Below are positions 11,941 to 25,400 of a DNA stretch of 64,000 bases, piece after piece. Numbering within the stretch: the stretch's first letter is position 1; every line of letters starts with the position of its first letter. The DNA is from Eledone cirrhosa (taxonomy: Eukaryota): contig OZ024741.1 in the NCBI GenBank assembly GCA_964016885.1, forward strand, positions 11,036,001 through 11,100,000, given 5' to 3'. Position numbers and translations under genes: made by a program. Below the pieces are notes generated by a model. That model was not told where the DNA came from. It worked only from the letters and a program-made list of their open reading frames with translations, and did no database searches.

Positions 11941-14212
11941 AATTTTCTTTTTATTTGCCACCAGGGCATCAAAAAGTGGGACAAGTACAATGGGGGGAGT
12001 TTACAAAAGAAGGCGTCCTCAATAAGGAGGAGGCAATAACAAGATATAAAAATAAAATACATAACAAAATAAATTTTATAACAAAATCCTCAATAGGGAG
12101 GAGGCACCTGGGGTCGCACACACCCCCGAAAAAAGTGTGCAACCCTTCTCCTCAGGAGCACAGAGAGGGGGTGCTGCCTTGATCTTTTATCTTCCTCACC
12201 TATAGTCTGATGTAGATTGAAGGCCCATTCACACGAGCCATTCTCGCCACTTTCACCCATCTTTCATAAAAACGGCTGGGGTGCAGCACCTCTCTCTCCA
12301 TCCTGATCCTTCTTCCGAAATGGTATCGGAAGAAACGGACCAGTTGTTGGCCAGAGAGAAAGGTGTCTGACCTCAGTCCTTTCAGACGCGCCACCATACA
12401 ACCTCTTTCGCCATGGCTATTACGCACAGAAACACCGCCTCTCCTTCGTTTTTGAAGAGGGGAGGCGGCTTGATCGTTACAATAGACTCGGTGGTCAACC
12501 GGATCGGTCCCACCCTTGACAGCAGTTGTTCGACATAGCCCCACAGATCGGCAATGCCCGAGCAGTGTACCAATGCGTGTGCAACGGTTTCCTCGTCGCA
12601 CACGCATCTGGGACAGATCTTTTTCGAGGGGTCCCTACCCGGGCGCCCGTGTCTGTAGAGCCTTTCTCGAACGGGCAGAGCCCTTCTGTAGCACTGCCAG
12701 GCCAGGGACCTCTGGAAGTTATCCATGGGTCCCGGGATGAATGTCCTACCGAACAGGTTGGCCAGTTCGTCTTCCTCCATGTCTAGGGCTTCTCCGAGGG
12801 CGTCGTCGCACCTGCTAACCACCAGCCCTCTATAGAATGACGAGGTGGATTCTCCACTGACAGCCGGGTCCGCCTGCCAGAGAGCCGTGAGCGCCTGGGC
12901 ACACTCGGTGTGCCAGGCGCCCAGTTTTCTCGGTCTTTGCTTGACCCAGGATTATAGCTCGGTGAGTGAGACGAGTGTGGGAAAGGCTCGCCTCACAAAC
13001 GCGGCCCACACCGATTGACCGGAGAGGAATACCTGGAGGTGCCGTAGCCTTAATGCGTGTTTACGTATCATTAACCACGGCATTCCAGCCCTCCTTTCGA
13101 AGGGTGTTGACAGCAGATGGATCTCCTCACCAAAGGAGCCCGCTTCTTCCAAAGGAATTGGAAGAGTGTGCGCTCCATTTTGGCGAGCGTTTCCCTTGCA
13201 ACAACTCCAACTTCCGCAGCAGTGGCTCTAGAATCATTACATATAGAAGGGAGGAGAGAGGGCACTCTTGTCGGATGGACCGGGCGATTTCGAACGGCTC
13301 CGAGAGGTAGCCGTTCACCTTGACCCTAGAGCAGATGCGGCTGCTGTGCATGGCATTGATCCAGCCCCTGAAAACGGGTCCGAAGCCTGCCGCCGCTAGC
13401 ACCGCATCCAGGTAACCATGGTCGACCCTATCGAACGCCTTAGATTGATCCAAATTGATCAGGGCCCCACCAAAGCCGGGTTCGTTCCCAACCCTCTCTA
13501 TGATGTATCGCATGAGGTGGAGGTTGTCGTGGATGGACCTGGACGGGATAGCACATGTCTGCGCATCTCCCACCAGGTTGCCCACGACAAGCGCCAACCT
13601 CTTTGCTAGCACCTTGGCCAAAATCTGTAACTCTGTATTTAGCAGAGTTATGGGCCTGAAATTATTTATATCGTCCCCCTTGTTCTCGTCCTTCCTCACT
13701 AGCGTGACTACGCCCTTGGTCACAGCACAGGGAATTCTCCCGTTCTGTTGCCAGTTGCAGTAGACCGCCTCGAGGAGATCGGGGAACAAGTCCGGCATAG
13801 CTAGATATAGTTCGTATGGAAGACCATCGAGACCCGGGGATTTGCGTTTGCCGCATTGGCTCAGCACGTCCTCTATCTCAGCGGCTGAAATCGGCTCCTC
13901 GCAGGACTTCGCCTCCCTGTCCGAGAGACGCGGCAGGCCGTCGAGGTATGGACCGAAGTCCACTTCCCCAACCGGCTCCTCGCCCCTTCTGAACAATCTG
14001 GCAAAGTGCTTTTGAAAAGCCTTGCACATCTGCTTAGGTTCAAGGATCACCCGTTCATCCTGGTCTCGCAAAGATCGGATAGTGGATCTACTCCCTCTTT
14101 TGGCTTCTGTCACGCGGGCCCAGCTAACAGCTTTCGTCCCCTCGTTTCCCAGAGCACGTATTTTGCTTCGGACGATGCAGCCTTCGTGTTTCGCGTCGAA
14201 GAACTGGCCCAG
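11941..14212 (-). mobile_element. Tx1-like LINE, 5'-truncated copy B with internally deleted, frameshifted RT
   Basis: RT motifs KSPGLDGLP, FRPITLLN, LDQSKAFDRV, RQECPLS in 13127..14113; YADD region missing; CCHC region 12382..12822; (GATA)n on both sides. Confidence 0.92.
13127..14113 (-). pseudogene. LINE ORF2 reverse transcriptase fragment
   Basis: Non-LTR RT motifs present up to QxCPLS, then a jump to the FQFLW...GGL region. Confidence 0.9.
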
Positions 14213-14264
14213 GATAGATAGATAGATCGTTACATATATATATATCTATATATATATGTGTGTG

Positions 14265-14315
<51 letters not shown>

Positions 14316-14373
14316 GTGTGTATATATATATATATATATAGCGAGAGAGGGAGTGTGTGTGTGTTAGATACAT

Positions 14374-14406
<33 letters not shown>

Positions 14407-14506
14407 CGGATAGGTAGATAGATCGTTACATATACATATATATATATGTGTGTGTGTGTGTGTGTATATATATATACAGAGAGAGAGAGTGTGTGTGTGT
14501 TGGTGT

Positions 14507-14570
<64 letters not shown>

Positions 14571-15175
14571 ATGCGTGTGTGTGTTAGATTGTATGAACGA
14601 CGAGCGAAACACCCGGCTGATTAACTTACAACCAACCGGAAGTGCATCCGTTTAACGCCACTAAAACCAATTACTCTTCGTATTTCAATCGTTCAAAGAG
14701 AAACTCATTAAGCGATTAACTTTCGTTATGAAACTCCTCTAGGGATCGTTTTAATTAATTACTGATTGGAGGTGAGTCAATTAAACACTTGGTAGGGGGC
14801 AGCGTTCTCTTTTGTCTTTGGTTTCCCTAGGAAAAGCTGATATTGCACGGAAATAGCGACATGTTTCATGGTAACTACTTGTGTTACGTTATATATATAC
14901 ACAGTATATATATATATGTGTGGGTGTGTGTGAGTATATATATATATAGAGAGAGAGAGAGCGAGGAGAGAGAGAGAGAGAGAGTGAGAGAGAGAGAAAG
15001 AACAAGATATATAGAGAGATAGATAGGCATACATAAATACATGTATATGTATTTATATACATACACACACACATAAATACATACATACATATATACACAC
15101 ATACATACATATATATACATACATACATATATACACACATACATACACACATACATACATATATACACAAATACA

Positions 15176-15211
<36 letters not shown>

Positions 15212-15410
15212 CATACATACATATATACACACATACATACACACATACATACATACATATATACACAAATACATACATACATACATACATACATTCACAT
15301 ATACATACATACATACATAATACATACACACATACATACATTCATTTATACATGCATACACAAATACATACATACGTACACACATACATATATACACAAA
15401 TACATACATA

Positions 15411-15735
15411 CATGGTGGCTGCCAACTCGTTTTCGAGTACGGCCACTACTTTATATCCATGTAGGAGAACCCCTACCGATACGCTGAACGAGTGTGACTT
15501 TTTAGTCCAGCCAGCGACTTGAAAACTCTGGTACAAACACTACACTTGTGACAATTATTGACACATAGTGCTGGGCCCATGGTACCATGTGACGACAAGT
15601 GCAGAGAGATCTCCAGATATAAAGCAATGCCTGTGCCGTGAAGCTTTTATAGTGAGCAAAGGCACTGCACAAAGCCAGTCCCACTCTCTTAACCAAGATG
15701 ATATTTACCAAAAAGAAGAACAATGATGTTGACAT
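15411..15735 (-). mobile_element. RTE-like LINE 3' end with C2H2-like terminus and (ATGT)n tail
   Basis: Minus strand encodes KCSVCTRVFKSLAGLKSHTRSAYR*; near-identical copy at 53998-54310 has the same 3' end. Confidence 0.7.
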
Positions 15736-16417
15736 ACATACATACATCTAATCGATACATGTTCCAAATCTCTCCTCGCTAAATTCAAATCTAACCGAAG
15801 TTAACTTTACCTTTCGTCTTTTCTGGGATCAACAAAATAAAATACCAGTCCAATGAAGGGGTGAGGGGTTTCGAAATTGTTTGAAAGTCAGACAAGATAC
15901 TTTGTGGTATTTGTTCTGACACTGTATTCTAAGTTTGAATTTCTCTGTCACCAACTTGGATGATTTGATCCCACACTTTGTGTTCTAAGTTCAAATTAAG
16001 CTATGACGTACTTGTGTGGTAAATTTAAGCCCTTGTGTAGTTTAAAACCACCATCTGATCCTTGTACGCCTTATATGTCACTCTGATGTAAGGATTCCTC
16101 GCAAGGTTTCATTTTGCAGGTACCTCTCTTCTTCTCTTCATTCCATCAGTTACTCTATCTTTTTTTCCTTTTTCTCTGTCATTTTGTGATGTGTGTGCTG
16201 TATGCGCACGAGCGTATATGTGTGCCAGACACCCGGACACACCAACACACACACACCAACACACACACACATACACACACACGCACACACTCACACGCCA
16301 GAGAATTACAAGCTGAGAAAACTAGAACAAAATCAAAATGAAGAGGCGACACAGAAGACGCAAATAGTTATTGAAAAGATTAGAGACTGATAAGGACCGA
16401 AACCCTTTCTTCAGTGG

Positions 16418-19400
16418 GGTTTCGTCTCTCAAGACCTTCTGTTGTCCAGCTCTCCTGAGAGTTTCGTCTCTGAAGACCTTCTACTGTCCAACTCTCCTGA
16501 GAGTTTCTTCTCTGAAGACCTTCTGCTGTCCAGCTCTCCTGAGAGTTTCGTCTCTGAAGACCTACTGCTGTCCAGCTCTCCTGAGAGTTTCGTCTCTCAA
16601 GACCTTCTACTGTCCAACTCTCCTGAGAGTTTCTTCTCTGAAGACCTTCTGCTGTCCAGCTCTCCTCAGAGTTTCGTCTCTGAAGACCTTCTGCTGTCCA
16701 GCTCTCCTGAGAGTTTCGTCTCTGAAGACCTTCTGTTGTCCATCTCTCCTGAGAGTTTCGTCTCACGAGACCTTCTGCTGTCCAGCTCTCCTGAGAGTTT
16801 CGTCTCTCAAGACCTTCTACTGTCCAGCTCTCCTGAGAGTTTCTTCTCTGAAGACCTTCTGCTGTCCAGCTCTCCTCAGAGTTTCTTCTCTGAAGACCTT
16901 CTGCTGTCCGGCTCTCCTGAGAGTTTCGTCTCTGAAGACCTTCTACTGTCCAGCTCTCCTCAGAGTTTCGTCTCTGAAGACCTTCTGCTGTCCAGCTCTC
17001 CTGAGAGTTTCGTCTCTGAAGACCTTCTGCTGTCCAGCTCTCCTGAGAGTTTCTTCTCTGAAGACCCACTGCTGTCCAGCTCTCCTGAGAGTTTCGTCTC
17101 TGAAGACCTACTGCTGTCCAGCTCTCCTGAGAGTTTCGTCTATCAAGACCTTCTGCTGTCCAGCTCTCCTGAGAGTTTCGTCTCTCAAGACCTTCTGCTG
17201 TCCAGCTCTCCTGAGAGTTTCGTCTCTCAAGACCTTCTACTGTCCAGCTCTCCTGAGAGTTTCTTCTCTGAAGACCTTCTGCTGTCCAGCTCTCCTCAGA
17301 GTTTCGTCTCTGAAGACCTTCTGCTGTCCAGCTCTCCTCAGAGTTTCGTCTCTGAAGACCTTCTGCTGTCCAGCTCTCCTGAGAGTTTCGTCTCTGAAGA
17401 CCTTCTACTGTCCAGCTCTCCTGAGAGTTTCGTCTCTCAAGACCTTCTGCTGTCCAGCTCTCCTGAGAGTTTCGTCTCTCAAGACCTTCTACTGTCCAGC
17501 TTTCCTGAGAGTTTCTTCTCTGAAGACCTTCTGCTGTCCAGCTCTCCTCAGAGTTTCGTCTCTGAAGACCTTCTGCTGTCCAGCTCTCCTGAGAGTTTCG
17601 TCTCTGAAGACCTTCTGCTGTCCAGCTCTCCTGAGAGTTTCGTCTCTGAAGACCTTCTACTGTCCAGCTCTCCTGAGAGTTTCTTCTCTGAAGACCTTCT
17701 GCTGTCCAGCTCTCCTCAGAGTTTCTTCTCTGAAGACCTTCTGCTGTCCAGCTCTCCTGAGAGTTTCGTCTCTGAAGACCTTCTACTGTCCAGCTCTCCT
17801 GAGAGTTTCGTCTCTGAAGACCTTCTACTGTCCAGCTCTCCTGAGAGTTTCGTCTCTGAAGACCTTCTGCTGTCCAGCTCTCCTGAGAGTTTCGTCTCTG
17901 AAGACCTTCTACTGTCCAGCTCTCCTGAGAGTTTCGTCTCTGAAGACCTTCTGCTGTCCAGCTCTCCTGAGAGTTTCGTCTCTGAAGACCTTCTGCTGTC
18001 CAGCTCTCCTGAGAGTTTCGTCTCTGAAGACCTTCTGCTGTCCAGCTCTCCTGAGAGTCTCGTCTCTGAAGACCCACTGCTGTCGAGCTCTCCTGAGAGT
18101 TTCGTCTCTGAAGACCTTCTGCTGTCCAGCTCTCCTGAGAGTTTCGTCTCTCAAGACCTTCTACTGTCCAGCTCTCCTGAGAGTCTCGTCTCTGAAGACC
18201 CACTGCTGTCCAGCTCTCCTGAGAGTTTCGTCTCTGAAGACCTACTGCTGTCCAGCTCTCCTGAGAGTTTCGTCTCTCAAGACCTTCTGCTGTCCAGCTC
18301 TCCGGAGAGTTTCGTCTCTCAGGACCTTCTGCTGTCCAGCTCCCCTGAGAGTTTCGTCTCTCAAGACCTTCTACTGTCCAGCTCTCCTGAGAGTTTCTTC
18401 TCTGAAGACCTTCTACTGTCCAGCTCTCCTCAGAGTTTCGTCTCTCAAGACCTTCTGCTGTCCAGCTCTCCGGAGAGTTTCGTCTCTCAGGACCTTCTGC
18501 TGTCCAGCTCCCCTGAGAGTTTCGTCTCTCAAGACCTTCTACTGTCCAGCTCTCCTGAGAGTTTCTTCTCTGAAGACCTTCTACTGTCCAGCTCTCCTCA
18601 GAGTTTCGTCTCTCAAGACCTTCTGCTGTCCAGCTCTCCTGAGAGTTTCGTCTCTGAAGACCTTCTGCTGTCCAGCTCTCCTGAGAGTTTCGTCTCTGAA
18701 GACCTTCTACTGTCCAGCTCTCCTGAGAGTTTCGTCTCTCAAGACCTTCTGCTGTCCAGCTCTCCTGAGAGTTTCGTCTCTCAAGACCTACTGTCCAGCT
18801 TTCCTGAGAGTTTCTTCTCTGAAGACCTTCTGCTGTCCAGCTCTCCTCAGAGTTTCGTCTCTGAAGACCTTCTGCTGTCCAGCTCTCCTCAGAGTTTCGT
18901 CTCTGAAGACCTTCTGCTGTCCAGCTCTCCTGAGAGTTTCGTCTCTGAAGACCTTCTACTGTCCAGCTCTCCTGAGAGTTTCTTCTCTGAAGACCTTCTG
19001 CTGTCCAGCTCTCCTCAGAGTTTCTTCTCTGAAGACCTTCTGCTGTCCAGCTCTCCTGAGAGTTTCGTCTCTGAAGACCTTCTACTGTCCAGCTCTCCTG
19101 AGAGTTTCGTCTCTGAAGACCTTCTACTGTCCAGCTCTCCTCAGAGTTTCGTCTCTCAAGACCTTCTGCTGTCCAGCTCTCCTCAGAGTTTCGTCTCTCA
19201 AGACCTTCTGCTGTCCAGCTCTCCTGAGAGTTTCGTCTCTGAAGACCTTCTACTGTCCAGCTCTCCTGAGAGTTTCTTCTCTGAAGACCTTCTGCTGTCC
19301 AGCTCTCCTGAGAGTTTCGTCTCTGAAGACCTTCTGCTGTCCAGCTCTCCTGAGAGTTTCGTCTCTGAAGACCTTCTGCTGTCCAGCTCTCCTGAGAGTT

Positions 19401-22400
19401 TCGTCTCTGAAGACCTTCTACTGTCCAGCTCTCCTGAGAGTTTCGTCTCTGAAGACCTTCTGCTGTCCAGCTCTCCTGAGAGTTTCGTCTCTGAAGACCT
19501 TCTGCTGTCCAGCTCTCCTGAGAGTTTCGTCTCTCAAGACCTTCTGCTGTCCAGCTCTCCTCAGAGTTTCGTCTCTCAAGACCTTCTGCTGTCCAGCTCT
19601 CCTCAGAGTTTCGTCTCTCAAGACCTTCTGCTGTCCAGCTCTCCTCAGAGTTTCGTCTCTTAAGACCTTCTGCTGTCCAGCTCTCCTCAGAGTTTCGTCT
19701 CTCAAGACCTTCTGCTGTCCAGCTCTCCTCAGAGTTTCGTCTCTCAAGACCTTCTGCTGTCCAGCTCTCCTCAGAGTTTCGTCTCTCAAGACCTTCTGCT
19801 GTCCAGCTCTCCTGAGAGTTTCGTCTCTGAAGACCTTCTACTGTCCAGCTCTCCTCAGAGTTTCGTCTCTGAAGACCTTCTGCTGTCCAGCTCTCCTGAG
19901 AGTTTCGTCTCTCAAGACCTTCTGCTGTCCAGCTCTCCTGAGAGTTTCGTCTCTGAAGACCTTCTACTGTCCAGCTCTCCTGAGAGTTTCGTCTCTGAAG
20001 ACCTTCTGCTGTCCAGCTCTCCTGAGAGTTTCGTCTCTGAAGACCTTCTGCTGTCCAGCTCTCCTGAGAGTTTCGTCTCTCAAGACCTTCTGCTGTCCAG
20101 CTCTCCTCAGAGTTTCGTCTCTCAAGACCTTCTGCTGTCCAGCTCTCCTCAGAGTTTCGTCTCTCAAGACCTTCTGCTGTCCAGCTCTCCTCAGAGTTTC
20201 GTCTCTTAAGACCTTCTGCTGTCCAGCTCTCCTCAGAGTTTCGTCTCTCAAGACCTTCTGCTGTCCAGCTCTCCTCAGATTTTCGTCTCTCAAGACCTTC
20301 TGCTGTCCAGCTCTCCTCAGAGTTTCGTCTCTCAAGACCTTCTGCTGTCCAGCTCTCCTCAGAGTTTCGTCTCTCAAGACCTTCTGCTGTCCAGCTCTCC
20401 TGAGAGTTTCGTCTCTGAAGACCTTCTACTGTCCAGCTCTCCTGAGAGTTTCTTCTCTGAAGACCTTCTGCTGTCCAGCTCTCCTGAGAGTTTCGTCTCT
20501 GAAGACCTTCTGCTGTCCAGCACTCCTGAGAGTTTCGTCTCTGAAGACCTACTGCTGTCCAGCTCTCCTGAGAGTTTCGTCTCTCTAGACCTTCTGCTGT
20601 CCAGCTCTCCTGAGAGTTTCGTCTCTCAAGACCTGCTGTCCAGCTCTCCTGAGAGTTTCTTCTCTGAAGACCTTCTGCTGTCCAGCTCTCCTCAGAGTTT
20701 CGTCTCTGAAGACCTTCTGCTGTCCAGCTCTCCTGAGAGTTTCGTCTCTGAAGACCCACTGCTGTCCAGCTCTCCTGAGAGTTTCGTCTCTGAAGACCCA
20801 CTGCTGTCCAGCTCTCCTGAGAGTTTCGTCTCTGAAGACCTACTGCTGTCCAGCTCTCCTGAGAGTTTCGTCTCTCTAGACCTTCTGCTGTCCAGCTCTC
20901 CTGAGAGTTTCGTCTCTCAAGACCTTCTACTGTCCAGCTCTCCTAAGAGTTTCTTCTCTGAAGACCTTCTGCTGTCCAGCTCTCCTCAGAGTTTCGTCTC
21001 TGAAGACCTTCTGCTGTCCAACTCTCCTGAGAGTTTCTTCTCTGAAGACCTTCTGCTGTCCAGCTCTCCTCAGAGTTTCGTCTCTGAAGACCTTCTGCTG
21101 TCCAGCTCTCCTGAGAGTTTCGTCTCTGAAGACCTTCTGCTGTCCATCTCTCCTGAGAGTTTCGTCTCTCAAAACCTTCTGCTGTCCAGCTCTCCTGAGA
21201 GTTTCGTCTCTCAAGACCTTCTACTGTCCAGCTCTCCTGAGAGTTTCATCTCTGAAGACCTTCTGCTGTCCAGCTCTCCTCAGAGTTTCTTCTCTGAAGA
21301 CCTTCTGCTGTCCAGCTCTCCTGAGAGTTTCGTCTCTGAAGACCTTCTACTGTCCAGCTCTCCTCAGAGTTTCGTCTCTGAAGACCTTCTGCTGTCCAGC
21401 TCTCCTGAGAGTTTCGTCTCTGAAGACCTTCTGCTGTCCAGCTCTCCTGAGAGATTCGTCTCTGAAGACCCACTGCTGTCCAGCTCTCCTGAGAGTTTCG
21501 TCTCTGAAGACCTACTGCTGTCCAGCTCTCCTGAGAGTTTCGTCTCTCAAGACCTTCTGCTGTCCAGCTCTCCTGAGAGTTTCGTCTCTCAAGACCTTCT
21601 GCTGTCCAGCTCTCCTGAGAGTTTCGTCTCTCAAGACCTTCTACTGTCCAGCTCTCCTGAGAGTTTCGTCTCTGAAGACCTTCTGCTGTCCAGCTCTCCT
21701 CAGAGTTTCGTCTCTGAAGACCTTCTGCTGTCCAGCTCTCCTGAGAGTTTCGTCTCTGAAGACCTTCTGCTGTCCAGCTCTCCTGAGAGTTTCGTCTCTG
21801 AAGACCTTCTACTGTCCAGCTCTCCTGAGAGTTTCGTCCCTCAAGACCTTCTGCTGTCCAGCTCTCCTGAGAGTTTCGTCTCTCAAGACCTTCTACTGTC
21901 CAGCTCTCCTGAGAGTTTCTTCTCTGAAGACCTTCTGCTGTCCAGCTCTCCTCAGAGTTTCGTCTCTGAAGACCTTCTGCTGTCCAGCTCTCCTGAGAGT
22001 TTCGTCTCTGAAGACATTCTGCTGTCCAGCTCTCCTGAGAGTTTCGTCTCTGAAGACCTTCTACTGTCCAGCTCTCCTGAGAGTTTCGTCTCTCAAGACC
22101 TTCTGCTGTCCAGCTCTCCTGAGAGTTTCGTCTCTCAAGACCTTCTACTGTCCAGCTCTCCTGAGAGTTTCTTCTCTGAAGACCTTCTGCTGTCCAGCTC
22201 TCCTGAGAGTTTCGTCTCTGAAGACATTCTACTGTCCAGCTCTCCTCAGAGTTTCGTCTCTCAAGACCTTCTGCTGTCCAGCTCTCCTGAGAGTTTCGTC
22301 TCTGAAGACCTTCTGCTGTCCAGCTCTCCTGAGAGTTTCGTCTCTGAAGACCTTCTACTGTCCAGCTCTCCTCAGAGTTTCGTCTCTCAAGACCTTCTGC

Positions 22401-25400
22401 TGTCCAGCTCTCCTCAGAGTTTCGTCTCTCAAGACCTTCTGCTGTCCAGCTCTCCTGAGAGTTTCGTCTCTGAAGACCTTCTACTGTTCAGCTCTCCTGA
22501 GAGTTTCTTCTCTGAAGACCTTCTGCTGTCCAGCTCTCCTGAGAGTTTCGTCTCTGAAGACCTTCTGCTGTCCAGCTCTCCTGAGAGTTTCGTCTCTGAA
22601 GACCCACTGCTGTCCAGCTCTCCTGAGAGTTTCGTCTCTGAAGACCTACTGCTGTCCAGCTCTCCTGAGAGTTTCGTCTCTCTAGACCTTCTGCTGTCCA
22701 GCTCTCCTGAGAGTTTCGTCTCTCAAGACCTGCTGTCCAGCTCTCCTGAGAGTTTCGTCTCTCAAGACCTTCTACTGTCCAGCTCTCCTGAGAGTTTCTT
22801 CTCTGAAGACCTTCTGCTGTCCAGCTCTCCTCAGAGTTTCGTCTCTGAAGACCTTCTGCTGTCCAGCTCTCCTGAGAGTTTCGTCTCTCAAGACCTTCTA
22901 CTGTCCAGCTCTCCTGAGAGTTTCGTCTCTGAAGACCTACTGCTGTCCAGCTCTCCTGAGAGTTTCGTCTCTCAAGACCTTCTGCTGTCCAGCTCTCCTG
23001 AGAGTTTCGTCTCTGAAGACCTTCTGCTGTCCAGCTCTCCTGAGAGTTTCGTCTCTGAAGACCTTCTACTGTCCAGCTCTCCTGAGAGTTTCTTCTCTGA
23101 AGACCTTCTGCTGTCCAGCTCTCCTGAGAGTTTCGTCTCTGAAGACCTTCTGCTGTCCAGCTCTCCTGACAGTTTCGTCTCTGAAGACCTACTGCTGTCC
23201 AGCTCTCCTGAGAGTTTCGTCTCTCAAGACCTTCTGCTGTCCAGCTCTCCTGAGAGTTTCGTCTCTCAAGACCTTCTACTGTCCAGCTCTCCTGAGAGTT
23301 TCTTCTCTGAAGACCTTCTGCTGTCCAGCTCTCCTCAGAGTTTCGTCTCTGAAGACCTTCTGCTGTCCAGCTCTCCTCAGAGTTTCGTCTCTGAAGACCT
23401 TCTGCTGTCCAGCTCTCCTGAGAGTTTCGTCTCTGAAGACCTTCTACTGTCCAGCTCTCCTGAGAGTTTCGTCTCTCAAGACCTTCTGCTGTCCAGCTCT
23501 CCTGAGAGTTTCGTCTCTCAAGACCTTCTACTGTCCAGCTTTCCTGAGAGTTTCTTCTCTGAAGACCTTCTGCTGTCCAGCACTCCTCAGAGTTTCGTCT
23601 CTGAAGACCTTCTGCTGTCCAGCTCTCCTGAGAGTTTCGTCTCTGAAGACCTTCTGCTGTCCAGCTCTCCTGAGAGTTTCGTCTCTGAAGACCTTCTACT
23701 GTCCAGCTCTCCTGAGAGTTTCTTCTCTGAAGACCTTCTGCTGTCCAGCTCTCCTCAGAGTTTCTTCTCTGAAGACCTTCTGCTGTCCAGCTCTCCTGAG
23801 AGTTTCGTCTCTGAAGACCTTCTACTGTCCAGCTCTCCTGAGAGTTTCGTCTCTGAAGACCTTCTACTGTCCAGCTCTCCTGAGAGTTTCGTCTCTGAAG
23901 ACCTTCTGCTGTCCAGCTCTCCTGAGAGTTTCGTCTCTGAAGACCTTCTACTGTCCAGCTCTCCTGAGAGTTTCGTCTCTGAAGACCTTCTGCTGTCCAG
24001 CTCTCCTGAGAGTTTCGTCTCTGAAGACCTTCTGCTGTCCAGCTCTCCTGAGAGTTTCGTCTCTGAAGACCTTCTGCTGTCCAGCTCTCCTGAGAGTCTC
24101 GTCTCTGAAGACCCACTGCTGTCGAGCTCTCCTGAGAGTTTCGTCTCTGAAGACCTTCTGCTGTCCAGCTCTCCTGAGAGTTTCGTCTCTCAAGACCTTC
24201 TACTGTCCAGCTCTCCTGAGAGTCTCGTCTCTGAAGACCCACTGCTGTCCAGCTCTCCTGAGAGTTTCGTCTCTGAAGACCTACTGCTGTCCAGCTCTCC
24301 TGAGAGTTTCGTCTCTCAAGACCTTCTGCTGTCCAGCTCTCCGGAGAGTTTCGTCTCTCAGGACCTTCTGCTGTCCAGCTCCCCTGAGAGTTTCGTCTCT
24401 CAAGACCTTCTACTGTCCAGCTCTCCTGAGAGTTTCTTCTCTGAAGACCTTCTACTGTCCAGCTCTCCTCAGAGTTTCGTCTCTCAAGACCTTCTGCTGT
24501 CCAGCTCTCCGGAGAGTTTCGTCTCTCAGGACCTTCTGCTGTCCAGCTCCCCTGAGAGTTTCGTCTCTCAAGACCTTCTACTGTCCAGCTCTCCTGAGAG
24601 TTTCTTCTCTGAAGACCTTCTACTGTCCAGCTCTCCTCAGAGTTTCGTCTCTCAAGACCTTCTGCTGTCCAGCTCTCCTGAGAGTTTCGTCTCTGAAGAC
24701 CTTCTGCTGTCCAGCTCTCCTGAGAGTTTCGTCTCTGAAGACCTTCTACTGTCCAGCTCTCCTGAGAGTTTCGTCTCTCAAGACCTTCTGCTGTCCAGCT
24801 CTCCTGAGAGTTTCGTCTCTCAAGACCTTCTACTGTCCAGCTTTCCTGAGAGTTTCTTCTCTGAAGACCTTCTGCTGTCCAGCTCTCCTCAGAGTTTCGT
24901 CTCTGAAGACCTTCTGCTGTCCAGCTCTCCTCAGAGTTTCGTCTCTGAAGACCTTCTGCTGTCCAGCTCTCCTGAGAGTTTCGTCTATGAAGACCTTCTA
25001 CTGTCCAGCTCTCCTGAGAGTTTCGTCTCTGAAGACCTTCTACTGTCCAGCTCTCCTCAGAGTTTCGTCTCTCAAGACCTTCTGCTGTCCAGCTCTCCTC
25101 AGAGTTTCGTCTCTCAAGACCTTCTGCTGTCCAGCTCTCCTGAGAGTTTCGTCTCTGAAGACCTTCTACTGTCCAGCTCTCCTGAGAGTTTCTTCTCTGA
25201 AGACCTTCTGCTGTCCAGCTCTCCTGAGAGTTTCGTCTCTGAAGACCTTCTGCTGTCCAGCTCTCCTGAGAGTTTCGTCTCTGAAGACCTTCTGCTGTCC
25301 AGCTCTCCTGAGAGTTTCGTCTCTGAAGACCTTCTACTGTCCAGCTCTCCTGAGAGTTTCGTCTCTGAAGACCTTCTGCTGTCCAGCTCTCCTGAGAGTT

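Noticed and set aside
14364-15409. YI/VC/HT-rich ORFs here and at 39034-39558, 48605-49857, 51095-51631, 52849-53227, 54363-54959
   Set aside because: Microsatellite translations
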